DNA of 63,400 bases, counting the filler, from Octopus bimaculoides (Eukaryota): the NCBI RefSeq assembly GCF_001194135.2. It is 5 parts of 5 records of this genome, joined end to end, with 100 filler letters (N's around TTAATTAATTAA, not from the genome) between each part and the next. Parts side by side here need not be neighbours in the genome. Positions count along the whole stretch, not along the records: positions 41,611 to 56,491 come from NC_068992.1; positions 56,592 to 59,245 come from NC_068991.1; positions 59,346 to 63,400 come from NC_069004.1; 2 more parts are not named here. The stretch is one strand, 5' to 3'. Position 1 is the first letter of the stretch. Each line of letters starts with the position of its first letter. The translations under genes and the position numbers were made by a program. Under the pieces are notes generated by a model that was given only the letters and a program-made list of their open reading frames with translations, searched no databases and was not told the DNA's origin. Below are positions 51,870 through 62,495 of the stretch, piece after piece.

Positions 51870-53295
51870 GTATGGTTGTTTAGGCATTTGGATTTGTGGT
51901 AGAATTTGAATGTGTGAAAAAAGCGGTGGTTGCATGTGCTTAGTGCCTCATTATGTTTATTTAGCAGTGTTGGAGAGTTGTGCTCTAATATGTGAAGCGC
52001 CTCTTTCAGGCAAAGCTTGCAGGTTGAGCGGGTATATTTGTATTTTTGAGATGATGTATGTGGTTGGCGAGTGTTGTAGATTTACTATGTTTATCGTATC
52101 TAAAAGAATGGAGGTGAGCAGCATATTGTTGCTTAAAATTTTTGGTTGATCCTATGTATATGGCAGTAGAGATTAAGGACAGTGCATTTGTAAATTACAT
52201 TATATCTTCTGCAATGGGTTTGTAAGGGGCAGGTGGTTCCAGGATGGCAGTTTCAACTGGGTGAATTTTGGGGTTTGTGTTCAGGAATGGAGGAGGTATT
52301 ATGGCCAGAGGAGAGGTTAGAGAAGAGGGTAGAAAGGTCGAAATTATCAGTATTATTAACGTTATCATTGCAGTCATTGTTATTGTTACTATTGTTGTTA
52401 TCTATTATACTATTTGTAAGAGTGGTAGAGATTGTGGTGGTGTTCCGGGCAGTGTCAGCAAGATGGGCCGGGTTGTGGTCTAATGTTAGGGTATCTGTGC
52501 TGGTGCTGGTGCGTGCGTGCGTGTGCAGAGCGTCCATACGACTACAGTTGTAATTATGCGAGTTCTGATAGTAAAGAGAAAGCTTTTGCTTATTAGAGGC
52601 TGCTACAATTGATTGATTTGAAGTTGGTTGGGGCAGAATAAGGTAGTTTCAGGGTAGGCCTATTAAAGGTAGAATATCTATGTTGCCGTGGGAAGTTAGA
52701 GTCTAATATTTAAAAGGAGGATTTAGCTAAGTTCTTAACTTTAAGTGGGGATGGGTGTGTACACCATAGGGTAGAGCATCTGCCGTTCTTTTTAGAATGT
52801 CTGGTTGTAGTGCTATCTATACTTTTGGAGAATGGGGGTGGGTGGCAAGGCCTGTTGCTGTTAGCTGTTTTGGTTTTTGACCTAGTGTTAAATGTATGTG
52901 TGCGGGATATATCAACGAGTGTGTGTGGTTGGTTGCGATTGTGGTGGTTGGTGCGTCTTTGAGATGTGATTTTAGATATGTATTGTTTGAACCTGGTGTT
53001 ATGGATGTATTTTATTTATTGGGAAAAGCCGCTAGCATCGAGTGCTTGACTATAATATGGTGCGTGATTATTGAAAATTTTCTTAGCAGAAGAGAGGTCA
53101 GATATGCGGGTTGAGATGCTCTTGATTATGTCATCAAAAGTGTAGTTGTGGTGATTGGAGTCAATGTTAAGGTATTTAAGATATTGGTTAGGTTTGTGGT
53201 AAGGGGAGTATTGGGGGAGGGGGTGATAAGTTCAGAGCTATGTCTAGAAAGTTAGCAGTCTTGTGAGCATTTTTGAATGTGTGTAAAAATATATA
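51870..53295 (-). mobile_element. Decayed Penelope-like element, RT thumb and linker region
   Basis: Minus strand KTANFLDIALNL followed by remnants of KP..L.I...S.HP.....NF. Confidence 0.7.
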
Positions 53296-53318
53296 TATAT
53301 ATATATATATATATGAGT

Positions 53319-54212
53319 TCGTTGCCAGTACCCCTGGACTGGCTCTTGTGTGGGGCCATCGTAGGATTTTCAAGCAAGATCATTGCCAGTGCCCCTGGAC
53401 TGGCTCATGTGCGGGCGACACATGAAATCTTTCGAGCGCCATCGTTGCCAGTGCCCCTGGACTGGCTCATGTGCGGGCGACACATGAAATCTTTTGAGCG
53501 GGATCGTTGCCTGTGCCCCAGGACTGGGTCTTGTGCGGGGTCGTCGTAGGATTTTCGAGCGAGATCGTTGTCAGTGCCCCTGGACTGGCTCATGTGTGGG
53601 CGACACATGAAATCTTTCGAGCGGAATCGTTGCCAGTGCCCCTGAGCTGGCTCTTGTGCAGGTGNNNNNNNNNNNNNNNNNNNNNNNNNNNNNNNNNNNN
53701 NNNNNNNNNNNNNNNNNNNNNNNNNNNNNNNNNNNNNNNNNNNNNNNNNNNNNNNNNNNNNNNNNNNNNNNNNNNNNNNNNNNNNNNNNNNNNNNNNNNN
53801 NNNNNNNNNNNNNNNNNNNNNNNNNNNNNNNNNNNNNNNNNNNNNNNNNNNNNNNNNNNNNNNNNNNNNNNNNNNNNNNNNNNNNNNNNNNNNNNNNNNN
53901 NNNNNNNNNNNNNNNNNNNNNNNNNNNNNNNNNNNNNNNNNNNNNNNNNNNNNNNNNNNNGACACATGAGGTTTTTCGAGCGAGATGAGCGTGGCCGTTG
54001 CCAGTAACGCCTGACTGGCCTTTGTGCGGGTGACACGTAAAAGCACCCACTACACCCTCTGAGTGGTTGGTGTTAGGAAGGGCATCCAGCTGTAGAAACT
54101 CTGCCAAATCAGATTGGAGCCTGATGTAGCCATCTGGTTTCACCAGTCCTCAGTCAAATCGTCCAACCCATGCTAGCATGGAAAGCGGACGTTAAACGAT
54201 GACGACGACGAC
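53319..54212 (+). repeat. 61/62-bp minisatellite (at least 5.5 units, 53319-53664) running through a gap into an RTE-type tail (53961-54212)
   Basis: Unit TCGTTGCCAGTGCCCCTGGACTGGCTC...TTTCGAGCG; units start at 53319, 53380, 53442, 53504, 53565 and 53627. Confidence 0.92.
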
Positions 54213-54249
54213 GATATATATATATATATTTATGTATATATTAATATTA

Positions 54250-56280
54250 TCTTGGTTGAAAAACTTTGATAATGCAAATATGTTTATAGTTACCAGGGTA
54301 GCAAAAATCACACAAAAACTGGGATATTATACCTGGTTAAGGGGGTAAAAATTTCATATTAAAGTGATTTATTTTGAGTTGATATAAAGAATAATAATAA
54401 ATGGAGCAAAGCACATATAATCAATAAGTTCCTTTAATTCCTACATATGTTTCAAAAATTACATGCACTCTACTCCAAAGAAGTAAGAGATGCTGATATA
54501 TCCATATAATTTTATCATTGGGGAACCATATTACAAATGCAAGACTTGTGCTGAATGCTAAGCTTATATGGGAGGAATAACACTATATAGCTAAGTTAAA
54601 TGACTGTTAGAAACAAGAATGCTAGTTTACAGGGAACTGTTTAGGGAGAGAGGCTATGAATGCTATACTAAGAGTTTAAATTAAAAGAAGACAATGAACC
54701 GCAGAAAATTCTTAAAGTTAATAATGATGGTAATAAAAATTTTATGTAATTGGAAGAATGGGAGAGAATCCAGTGAATTTGTGTAAAGAGTAAATTTTTT
54801 TATATACGACTAATTATGTAAATAAACGTTGAGAAGGAAGGAAAATTAAAGATGGACTGTAAATATAATTAACCATTAATGTTGTATCATATTAAGTTAC
54901 GGTAATTAACCTAAATAAATAGCAATACAAGGTACAAAACTATAAAGTAATGAAATAATAAGAATAAACATACTTACGATAACAAAATCAATAGTATATA
55001 CGTAAAAATACTTAAAACTCTACGAATATAACTTTATGGGGGTTAAGCTTGCTGTACTGACTAGAGAAGGAGAAAGAATGTGAACAACTGGCATTGGAGT
55101 TAGATATAAATGTTATTTTAGATAATACTATAATGTTATTATTCTCATTGTTGTTATTATAAATATAAAAATATAAAAAATAAATTTATTATTATTACTA
55201 TTATTGTTATTAATAAATATTAAGGAGATGGATATGCTATAATAAAATATGTATTACTATTAAGAAATAAGTAAAATGAATGAATAAACAATTTAAAAAT
55301 TTTTTTAAATAATAGAAAAACCTATGTAGATAGGTAGTGGGAGCAGTATGAGGGACAAATTAAAAGAGATATTGATGTCACTGAAAAATTGCTATTAAAG
55401 TTATGTTCCAGTGTGTACGATGCAGGGACACTGTATTAACATATCTGGTTACAAAGGTGGGAAACAAAAATAACAAAGTTATAATTAACTAAAATATATT
55501 TAAGTAATTTTAAATCCAATGGATAAAAAACTATAAAGAGAGTTGATAAAAATAATAATAATATTAAGAGGACCATCAAGCAATAAGGAAAAGTTGTAGG
55601 GATGAACCAAATGGATAAATGGAGGTAACTAGATGAGATTTATTGTCTAAAGTTTAATAAAAATAAATACAAAGAGGGGTGATAGTTCATACCACATGTA
55701 AAGTGGCTGTTAACTAGTGAGTATGTAGGTAGGTGAAGAAAATAATAACTAAAATTAGTAAAAAGGGTGAAATTAGTGAAACGAGCTGAAGGTGTGTTTC
55801 CTCCAATGCTGGCATCTGTATGCTCTCTGTGTTATCTGGTCCACTAAATTATTCTTGGAGAACAGAATGTGGAATAGCTCCAAGTTACAGAGGACAAAAA
55901 TCTTTACCTTTGTTGTAGGGTATTGAGGTGGTCAGTATTGACCATTCTAAAGAGAATTGTTTATTGGAGTCCTTAAATTTCCAGATTAACTTACAAAGAC
56001 CGGTACTATTATTTTTATTCCTATCCCTCAAGGTTGAGTAATGGTTAGAGATTCTCCTAGAGACCTGTGACGAAGAGCAACCTATGTAATGCAAGACTTC
56101 TGTGTTAGTCGTTACCTTACATTGATAAACCACATTTTTGGTCCTAGCAATTCACACTCAAAAACTTGATTCTATTACAATTAGATTCCGAGATACTAAT
56201 CTTATTGTTTTGAGAGTTATTGTTATATTTGCTAATGTACTTATTACCTATATTTTTATCTAAATAACTATTGCTACCAT
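54250..56280 (-). mobile_element. Penelope-like element: GIY-YIG endonuclease plus long AT-rich 3' region
   Basis: VYQCKVTTNTEVLHYIGCSSSQVSRRISNHYSTLR...TGLCKLIWKFKD...WSILTTSIPYNKGKDFCPL (55885-56133). Confidence 0.88.
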
Positions 56281-56281
56281 A

Positions 56282-56866
56282 GGAGTGTGTTGTATTAGCC
56301 CCCTATTATTTACCATAGTCCTCCAGGCAATCACAGAGGAGTTCAAGACAGGTTGCCCCTGGGAGCTCCTCTATGCTGATGACCTTGCCCTAATTGCGGA
56401 GTCACTATCAGAACTAGAGGAGAAGTTTCAGGTGTGGAAGCAAGGTCTAGAATTGAAGGGCCTTAGAGTCAACCTAGCTAAAACCAAAATCNNNNNNNNN
56501 NNNNNNNNNNNNNNNNNNNNNNNNNNNNNNNNNNNTTAATTAATTAANNNNNNNNNNNNNNNNNNNNNNNNNNNNNNNNNNNNNNNNNNNNGCGAGATCG
56601 TTGCCAGTGCCCCTGGACTGGCTCTTGTGCGGGTGGCACATAAAAGACACCATTTCGAGCGTGGCCGTTTTCGGGCGGGTGACACATAAAAGCACCCACT
56701 ACACTCTGAGTGGTTGGCGTTAGGAAGGGCATCCAGCTGTAGAAACTCTGCCAAATTAGATTGAAGCCTGGTGTTGCCATCCGGTTTCACCAGTCCTCAG
56801 TCAAATCGTCCAACCCATGCTAGCATGGAAAGCGGACGTTAAACGATGATGATGATGATGATGATG
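56282..56866 (+). mobile_element. RTE LINE: RT core (56282-56491), spacer gap, then 3' UTR/tail (56592-56866)
   Basis: SPLLFTIVLQAITEEFKTGCPWELLYADDLALIAES...KGLRVNLAKTKI, uninterrupted YADD. Confidence 0.92.
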
Positions 56867-56939
56867 ATATATATATATATATATCTATATATATATATAT
56901 GTACCTCTCTCCCAGAGAGTGAGAGAGGGGATATATATA

Positions 56940-56975
<36 letters not shown>

Positions 56976-56994
56976 TGTATGTATATATACATAT

Positions 56995-57455
56995 ATACCC
57001 CACCTCTACCCCCACCCGCAACCTAAACCACACACCACACACACCACTATACCATATACACCACCATATCATGCAACACATCACATCACTTCCCAGCCCA
57101 TATCTTCACACCTACACATACACACACATCAAGGTTACCATCCCTCTTCCACATGCACATACTCTCTTATACACACATACGCACACCTTCGTTTTGGGAT
57201 CACTACAACTTTATTATCTCCCCTTCTTCCTAGCTCTCCTGTGTGACCCTTCTGTCCGGCATTTGCCATGATAGATTGCTAGCCACTACACATTCTTTAT
57301 TTTCTCTCCTTGTTTCTTTCTGAGTTCCTTTCTGTGAAAGAGCGTAGGCTCGAAACATTAAAGATTTTTTCACTTCCTGAATGTCAAACTAATACATCTA
57401 TTTGTTGTCTACACCACCTGTCTTCGTCTTTTGTTTTTTTGTGAATTCTTCCCCT
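56995..57455 (+). mobile_element. Probable Penelope-like 3' end with a degenerate HHR-like motif
   Basis: CA-rich UTR, GAGC-GTAG-GCTC-GAAAC motif at 57340-57356, ends at (TA)n. Confidence 0.55.
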
Positions 57456-58134
57456 ATATATATTTATATATATATATACATATATATTATATATTTTTAT
57501 TATTTATTATATATGTTATATATNNNNNNNNNNNNNNNNNNNNNNNNNNNNNNNNNNNNNNNNNNNNNNNNNNNNNNNNNNNNNNNNNNNNNNNNNNNNN
57601 NNNNNNNNNNNNNNNNNNNNNNNNNNNNNNNNNNNNNNNNNNNNNNNNNNNNNNNNNNNNNNNNNNNNNNNNNNNNNNNNNNNNNNNNNNNNNNNNNNNN
57701 NNNNNNNNNNNNNNNNNNNNNNNNNNNNNNNNNNNNNNNNNNNNNNNNNNNNNNNNNNNNNNNNNNNNNNNNNNNNNNNNNNNNNNNNNNNNNNNNNNNN
57801 NNNNNNNNNNNNNNNNNNNNNNNNNNNNNNNNNNNNNNNNNNNNNNNNNNNNNNNNNNNNNNNNNNNNNNNNNNNNNNNNNNNNNNNNNNNNNNNNNNNN
57901 NNNNNNNNNNNNNNNNNNNNNNNNNNNNNNNNNNNNNNNNNNNNNNNNNNNNNNNNNNNNNNNNNNNNNNNNNNNNNNNNNNNNNNNNNNNNNNNNNNNN
58001 NNNNNNNNNNNNNNNNNNNNNNNNNNNNNNNNNNNNNNNNNNNNNNNNNNNNNNNNNNNNNNNNNNNNNNNNNNNNNNNNNNNNNNNNNNNNNNNNNNNN
58101 NNNNNNNNNNNNNNNNNNNNNNNNNNNNNNNNNN

Positions 58135-58173
<39 letters not shown>

Positions 58174-58839
58174 CACAGTGATCACTTTAATCTTATAAAA
58201 TATCATTACTATTATTATTTACAGAATTGTAAAAATTCATTGCTGCTTATCAAAAACCATCTCAGAAAAACACATGAAGTTTGCTTACAAAAACAACTTT
58301 ATGAACTAATTATAATTCTTAAATCTGATGAGAAGAAGCAAGGTTCTAGTGGTGGAAGCCTGAACTACAACAGGCTTCTCCCACACAGAATGTTTCCTGT
58401 TACTTTTGGGTACCTCCTCGTACTGAATATAGTGTATACATTGTCATCAAAGAGAGACAAGTGAGAAAGTATGTGTATGAGATATGTGAAAGAAGCCAAA
58501 AGGAATTAGAGTAAGGTTGGGAGAGATGAAAAGAGCTGAAGAATGAAAGAAAGAAACTAATGAGAAAATGAAGGAGGAAGGCAGAGTTTTCTTGAATCCT
58601 CCTTGTTTTAATTTTGGGGTGAAGCAGAAGGATCAAGGATTTTCTTTTCTTCAAGAATTATTCTATGATGATTTTAGAGGGGTATGAAAATTTTGTAAGA
58701 AACTCATTGAGAGATAGTGATGTTATAAGACAAACATGCAAACACGACATATATATAGTAATTAAAAGCTATGATTTACAAGTAATATTTTACTTTTTAA
58801 AATAATAATCTATTCAAAATTATTTTTCTGCTTCTACAG

Positions 58840-59124
58840 AAAGATGCTGTCACAACACAAAGACCAGAAAATTTGTTTCTATCACCAGTTGTTTATCCAC
58901 CAAATGTTGCTGAATCACATACACCTCTACAATACCCTGTTCAACCTCCAAATGCTGCTGGGGCATATATACCTCCACAATACATTGCTCAACCTCCAAA
59001 TGTTACTGGGGCATATTTACCTCCACAATACATTGCTCAACCTCCAAATGTTACTGGGGCATATTTACCTCCACAACACATTGCTCAACCTCCAAATGTT
59101 GCTGGAGCACAAATGCATCAATAA
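58840..59124 (+). CDS. Terminal coding exon, 94 aa, Pro/Gln/Tyr-rich with 16-aa tandem repeats and PPxY motifs
   Basis: Acceptor TTATTTTTCTGCTTCTACAG, phase 0; KDAVTTQRPENLFLSPVVYPPNVAESHTPLQYPV(QPPNxxGAYxPPQYIA)x3 QPPNVAGAQMHQ*; in-frame 48-bp repeats; AATAAA overlaps the stop. Confidence 0.72.
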   Translation, partial: KDAVTTQRPENLFLSPVVYPPNVAESHTPLQYPVQPPNAAGAYIPPQYIAQPPNVTGAYLPPQYIAQPPNVTGAYLPPQHIAQPPNVAGAQMHQ

Positions 59125-59352
59125 AATAATACTTCTTTTTCAAACGTTGCTGAAGAAGCTAATCCTTCATCAAATACACAATGAGATGGAATAGAACTTT
59201 TCATAATTTGACTAATTGTAAATTGTTTAAAAAGCATTATATATANNNNNNNNNNNNNNNNNNNNNNNNNNNNNNNNNNNNNNNNNNNNTTAATTAATTA
59301 ANNNNNNNNNNNNNNNNNNNNNNNNNNNNNNNNNNNNNNNNNNNNTTTGTCT

Positions 59353-59441
59353 CTCTCACCAGGGTCATCAGCTGTCGAACGCCGACGAAGGGAAATAACC
59401 CTGAAATCCGGATACGTTCGTGCTGCTGATCGGGGTGAGAG
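59353..59441 (+). ncRNA. Type I hammerhead ribozyme fold with extended stem I and a U4-to-C core variant
   Basis: CGAACG-CCGACGA-AGGG-AAATAA-CCCT-GAA-ATCCGGAT-A-CGTTCG (59376-59420); outer pairings ATCAGC/GCTGAT and CTCTCACC/GGTGAGAG. Confidence 0.75.
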
Positions 59442-59623
59442 GGATAACTTCCCTTGGCAAACAGGACACAGTCGTGTGTCGATAAGCCAGCTGGAGGAGA
59501 TGTCCTCCTGGGGCTAAAAGCAACAGTAACATCCACCCCTAGGGGTCAGCCACACTTAAGTGGCAATATACTACACTTTATCGTGCAGTTACTGTTAATA
59601 CTTCATTCAGAGAATTAACATTG

Positions 59624-59659
<36 letters not shown>

Positions 59660-59778
59660 CCACTGACGATATGTATAACAAAACCAAAACCATTCACAGT
59701 AAAAAAAGCACATGAAAGTTTGTTTTCAAAAACAACTACAAACTAATCACAGTTCTTAAATCTGACAGAAAAATATAG

Positions 59779-59855
59779 GTAGGTTCGCTAGTGTAATCGG
59801 CAGCACACTCGGTCGCGTAAACAGAGAGGTGTGGGTTATAGTCCCATGCGTACGG
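59779..59855 (+). mobile_element. tRNA-like head, probably a SINE 5' end
   Basis: TAGTGTAATCGG (box A-like) and GGTTATAGTCC (box B-like); no convincing cloverleaf. Confidence 0.4.
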
Positions 59856-60379
59856 GAATACCTACTTTTTTCTCTGTCGAGCAGCTCATATGCCCCATAA
59901 TTTCGACTATTTTCTTTATTCATTGCGTGGTGATCGCTATAAGCTTTAAGCCTCTAAAATGCTATTATATATATATATATATATATGTCGTCAGTGGATC
60001 ACATATCAAAAGATTAGCGCATTCTAAAATATACAGCAATAAAGTATTTATATGTAGTTAAGTCTTTGTTCGGTTATAGAGTGGACCAAAGTTACATTTG
60101 TCCTCGGCTTTAGAGTCTGACAGAATCTCCACGGAGCTAAACCCTTTGTGTATGCAAAACCAATGGTCACTGTATGACCGAACATTTTTAATTTCCCGCA
60201 TGCACATTGTTTTTGATTTTGTCGACTGCACAGTATTGTAGTGTCAGTTGGGCACCATGACGCAATTCGTAACGACATGCTGTACTGTTTGGCATTCGCG
60301 CCAAAAGCTCCATTGCGAACAGATGGTGAATACACAGAACAACCATTGGCTTCCCGTGTCCCCAAAATATGTTTCGCGA

Positions 60380-60993
60380 GAGATAAAGTCAAATATCCAG
60401 TCAACATCATGGGGTTTGGAATGATCAATAGTCATGGCAATGTTATGCCTCCATTCATCTTTTCACATGGCCTCAGATTCAACACGGAGGCCTACATCAA
60501 GTGCATGGAGGAGGTAGTGCCGCCATGGGTCAGGACGGTACTACTGGAAGACACTGTCTGGCAACAGGACTCTGTACCATGCCACACAAGCAGGAGAACC
60601 CTGTCATGGCTGCTAGACAATTTCTGCGACCACGTCACGCATAACATCTGGCCACCAAACTCACCAGACTGCAACCCCGTAGATTATTATGTGTGCGGTG
60701 CAGTTGAGCGAGAGATCAACAAAACGTCTTGTAACACCAAAGATGAACTGAAGGCAAGGATTATGGTAGCATTCAGCAACATAAACAAGGAAACCGTCCA
60801 GAAGAGTTGCAAGAGATTCCGAAGTCGTCCGGAGGCCGAGTTTGAAGCCAAGGGTGATTTTATTGAATAGATCTACTCTTTAGTATATCAAGAGATTCTT
60901 ATGTAATTTTGGTAAATAAACCTGCTGAAATGAGATGTCAGTCTTATTTTCATTTTTGCATAATTTACACGACAGTTTATTCACCGCACCCTG
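60380..60993 (+). mobile_element. 5'-truncated DD37D/maT transposon: catalytic C-terminal half and right TIR
   Basis: WQQD-x37-DYY (WPPNSPDCNPVDYY), open to the stop at 60870; ends CACCGCACCCTG-TA. Confidence 0.92.
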
Positions 60994-62339
60994 TATATAC
61001 TTACATACATTCATACCTCCATACATAAGTACTGTTTTCACTTTGCTAAAGATTTTCTACTATTTGAAAATAATATGTATTCTTGTTTTTATACTATTCA
61101 TTTGGTTCTTTATAGATTATTTTAATAGATAACTTATTTAACACTATATTATTTAGAAGTTATAGTTTCATTTCAACGTAATATTAGAACTTCGATTGGA
61201 ATAGTGTTGATATATTTTCGATTATTTTTGATTAATATTATTTGATTAATTATTAATCTTTATAGTTTAGAATATCGTTAAAGTTTTTTTTTAAATCAAA
61301 ACTTTGTATATATATATAAAGTTTAACCTTTTATTCTTAATAATTTTTTCTTTCCTAATTTTTTCATTCATAATTTTTTCCATTCATAATTTTTTCATTC
61401 ATATTTTTTATTATTACGTTTGTAGAAATAAATANNNNNNNNNNNNNNNNNNNNNNNNNNNNNNNNNNNNNNNNNNNNNNNNNNNNNNNNNNNNNNNNNN
61501 NNNNNNNNNNNNNNNNNNNNNNNNNNNNNNNNNNNNNNNNNNNNNNNNNNNNNNNNNNNNNNNNNNNNNNNNNNNNNNNNNNNNNNNNNNNNNNNNNNNN
61601 NNNNNNNNNNNNNNNNNNNNNNNNNNNNNNNNNNNNNNNNNNNNNNNNNNNNNNNNNNNNNNNNNNNNNNNNNNNNNNNNNNNNNNNNNNNNNNNNNNNN
61701 NNNNNNNNNNNNNNNNNNNNNNNNNNNNNNNNNNNNNNNNNNNNNNNNNNNNNNNNNNNNNNNNNNNNNNNNNNNNNNNNNNNNNNNNNNNNNNNNNNNN
61801 NNNNNNNNNNNNNNNNNNNNNNNNNNNNNNNNNNNNNNNNNNNNNNNNNNNNNNNNNNNNNNNNNNNNNNNNNNNNNNNNNNNNNNNNNNNNNNNNNNNN
61901 NNNNNNNNNNNNNNNNNNNNNNNNNNNNNNNNNNNNNNNNNNNNNNNNNNNNNNNNNNNNNNNNNNNNNNNNNNNNNNNNNNNNNNNNNNNNNNNNNNNN
62001 NNNNNNNNNNNNNNNNNNNNNNNNNNNNNNNNNNNNNNNNNNNNNNNNNNNNNNNNNNNNNNNNNNNNNNNNNNNNNNNNNNNNNNNNNNNNNNNNNNNN
62101 NNNNNNNNNNNNNNNNNNNNNNNNNNNNNNNNNNNNNNNNNNNNNNNNNNNNNNNNNNNNNNNNNNNNNNNNNNNNNNNTATATATACATATATACATAT
62201 TTATAAACATAATTAAGGGATCAGCAAATATTTGCTTCACTATATACCGAAGTTCAGAAATAGCAGCTAAAAAAGCTGAGAATCCCTCATTGTTTTATTA
62301 ATTAATAAATTGATAATCCTTTACCCTTTTAATTTGTAA

Positions 62340-62409
62340 TAATACATATATACATATATATATATATATGCATATACATTTTTATACTTATATACGTACA
62401 TACCTACAT

Positions 62410-62461
<52 letters not shown>

Positions 62462-62462
62462 T

Positions 62463-62493
<31 letters not shown>
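62340..62493. repeat. (TA)n/(CATA)n/(CA)n microsatellite
   Basis: Direct reading of the sequence. Confidence 0.97.

Positions 62494-62495
<2 letters not shown>

Noticed and set aside
53319-53664. Regularly spaced repeats that look CRISPR-like
   Set aside because: The context is eukaryotic, the inter-repeat parts are themselves repeated, there are no cas genes, and the array merges into an RTE tail
59346-59375. Minus-strand CTGATGA as an antigenomic hammerhead
   Set aside because: No stem II plus GAAA before the gap; it cannot be supported from the visible sequence
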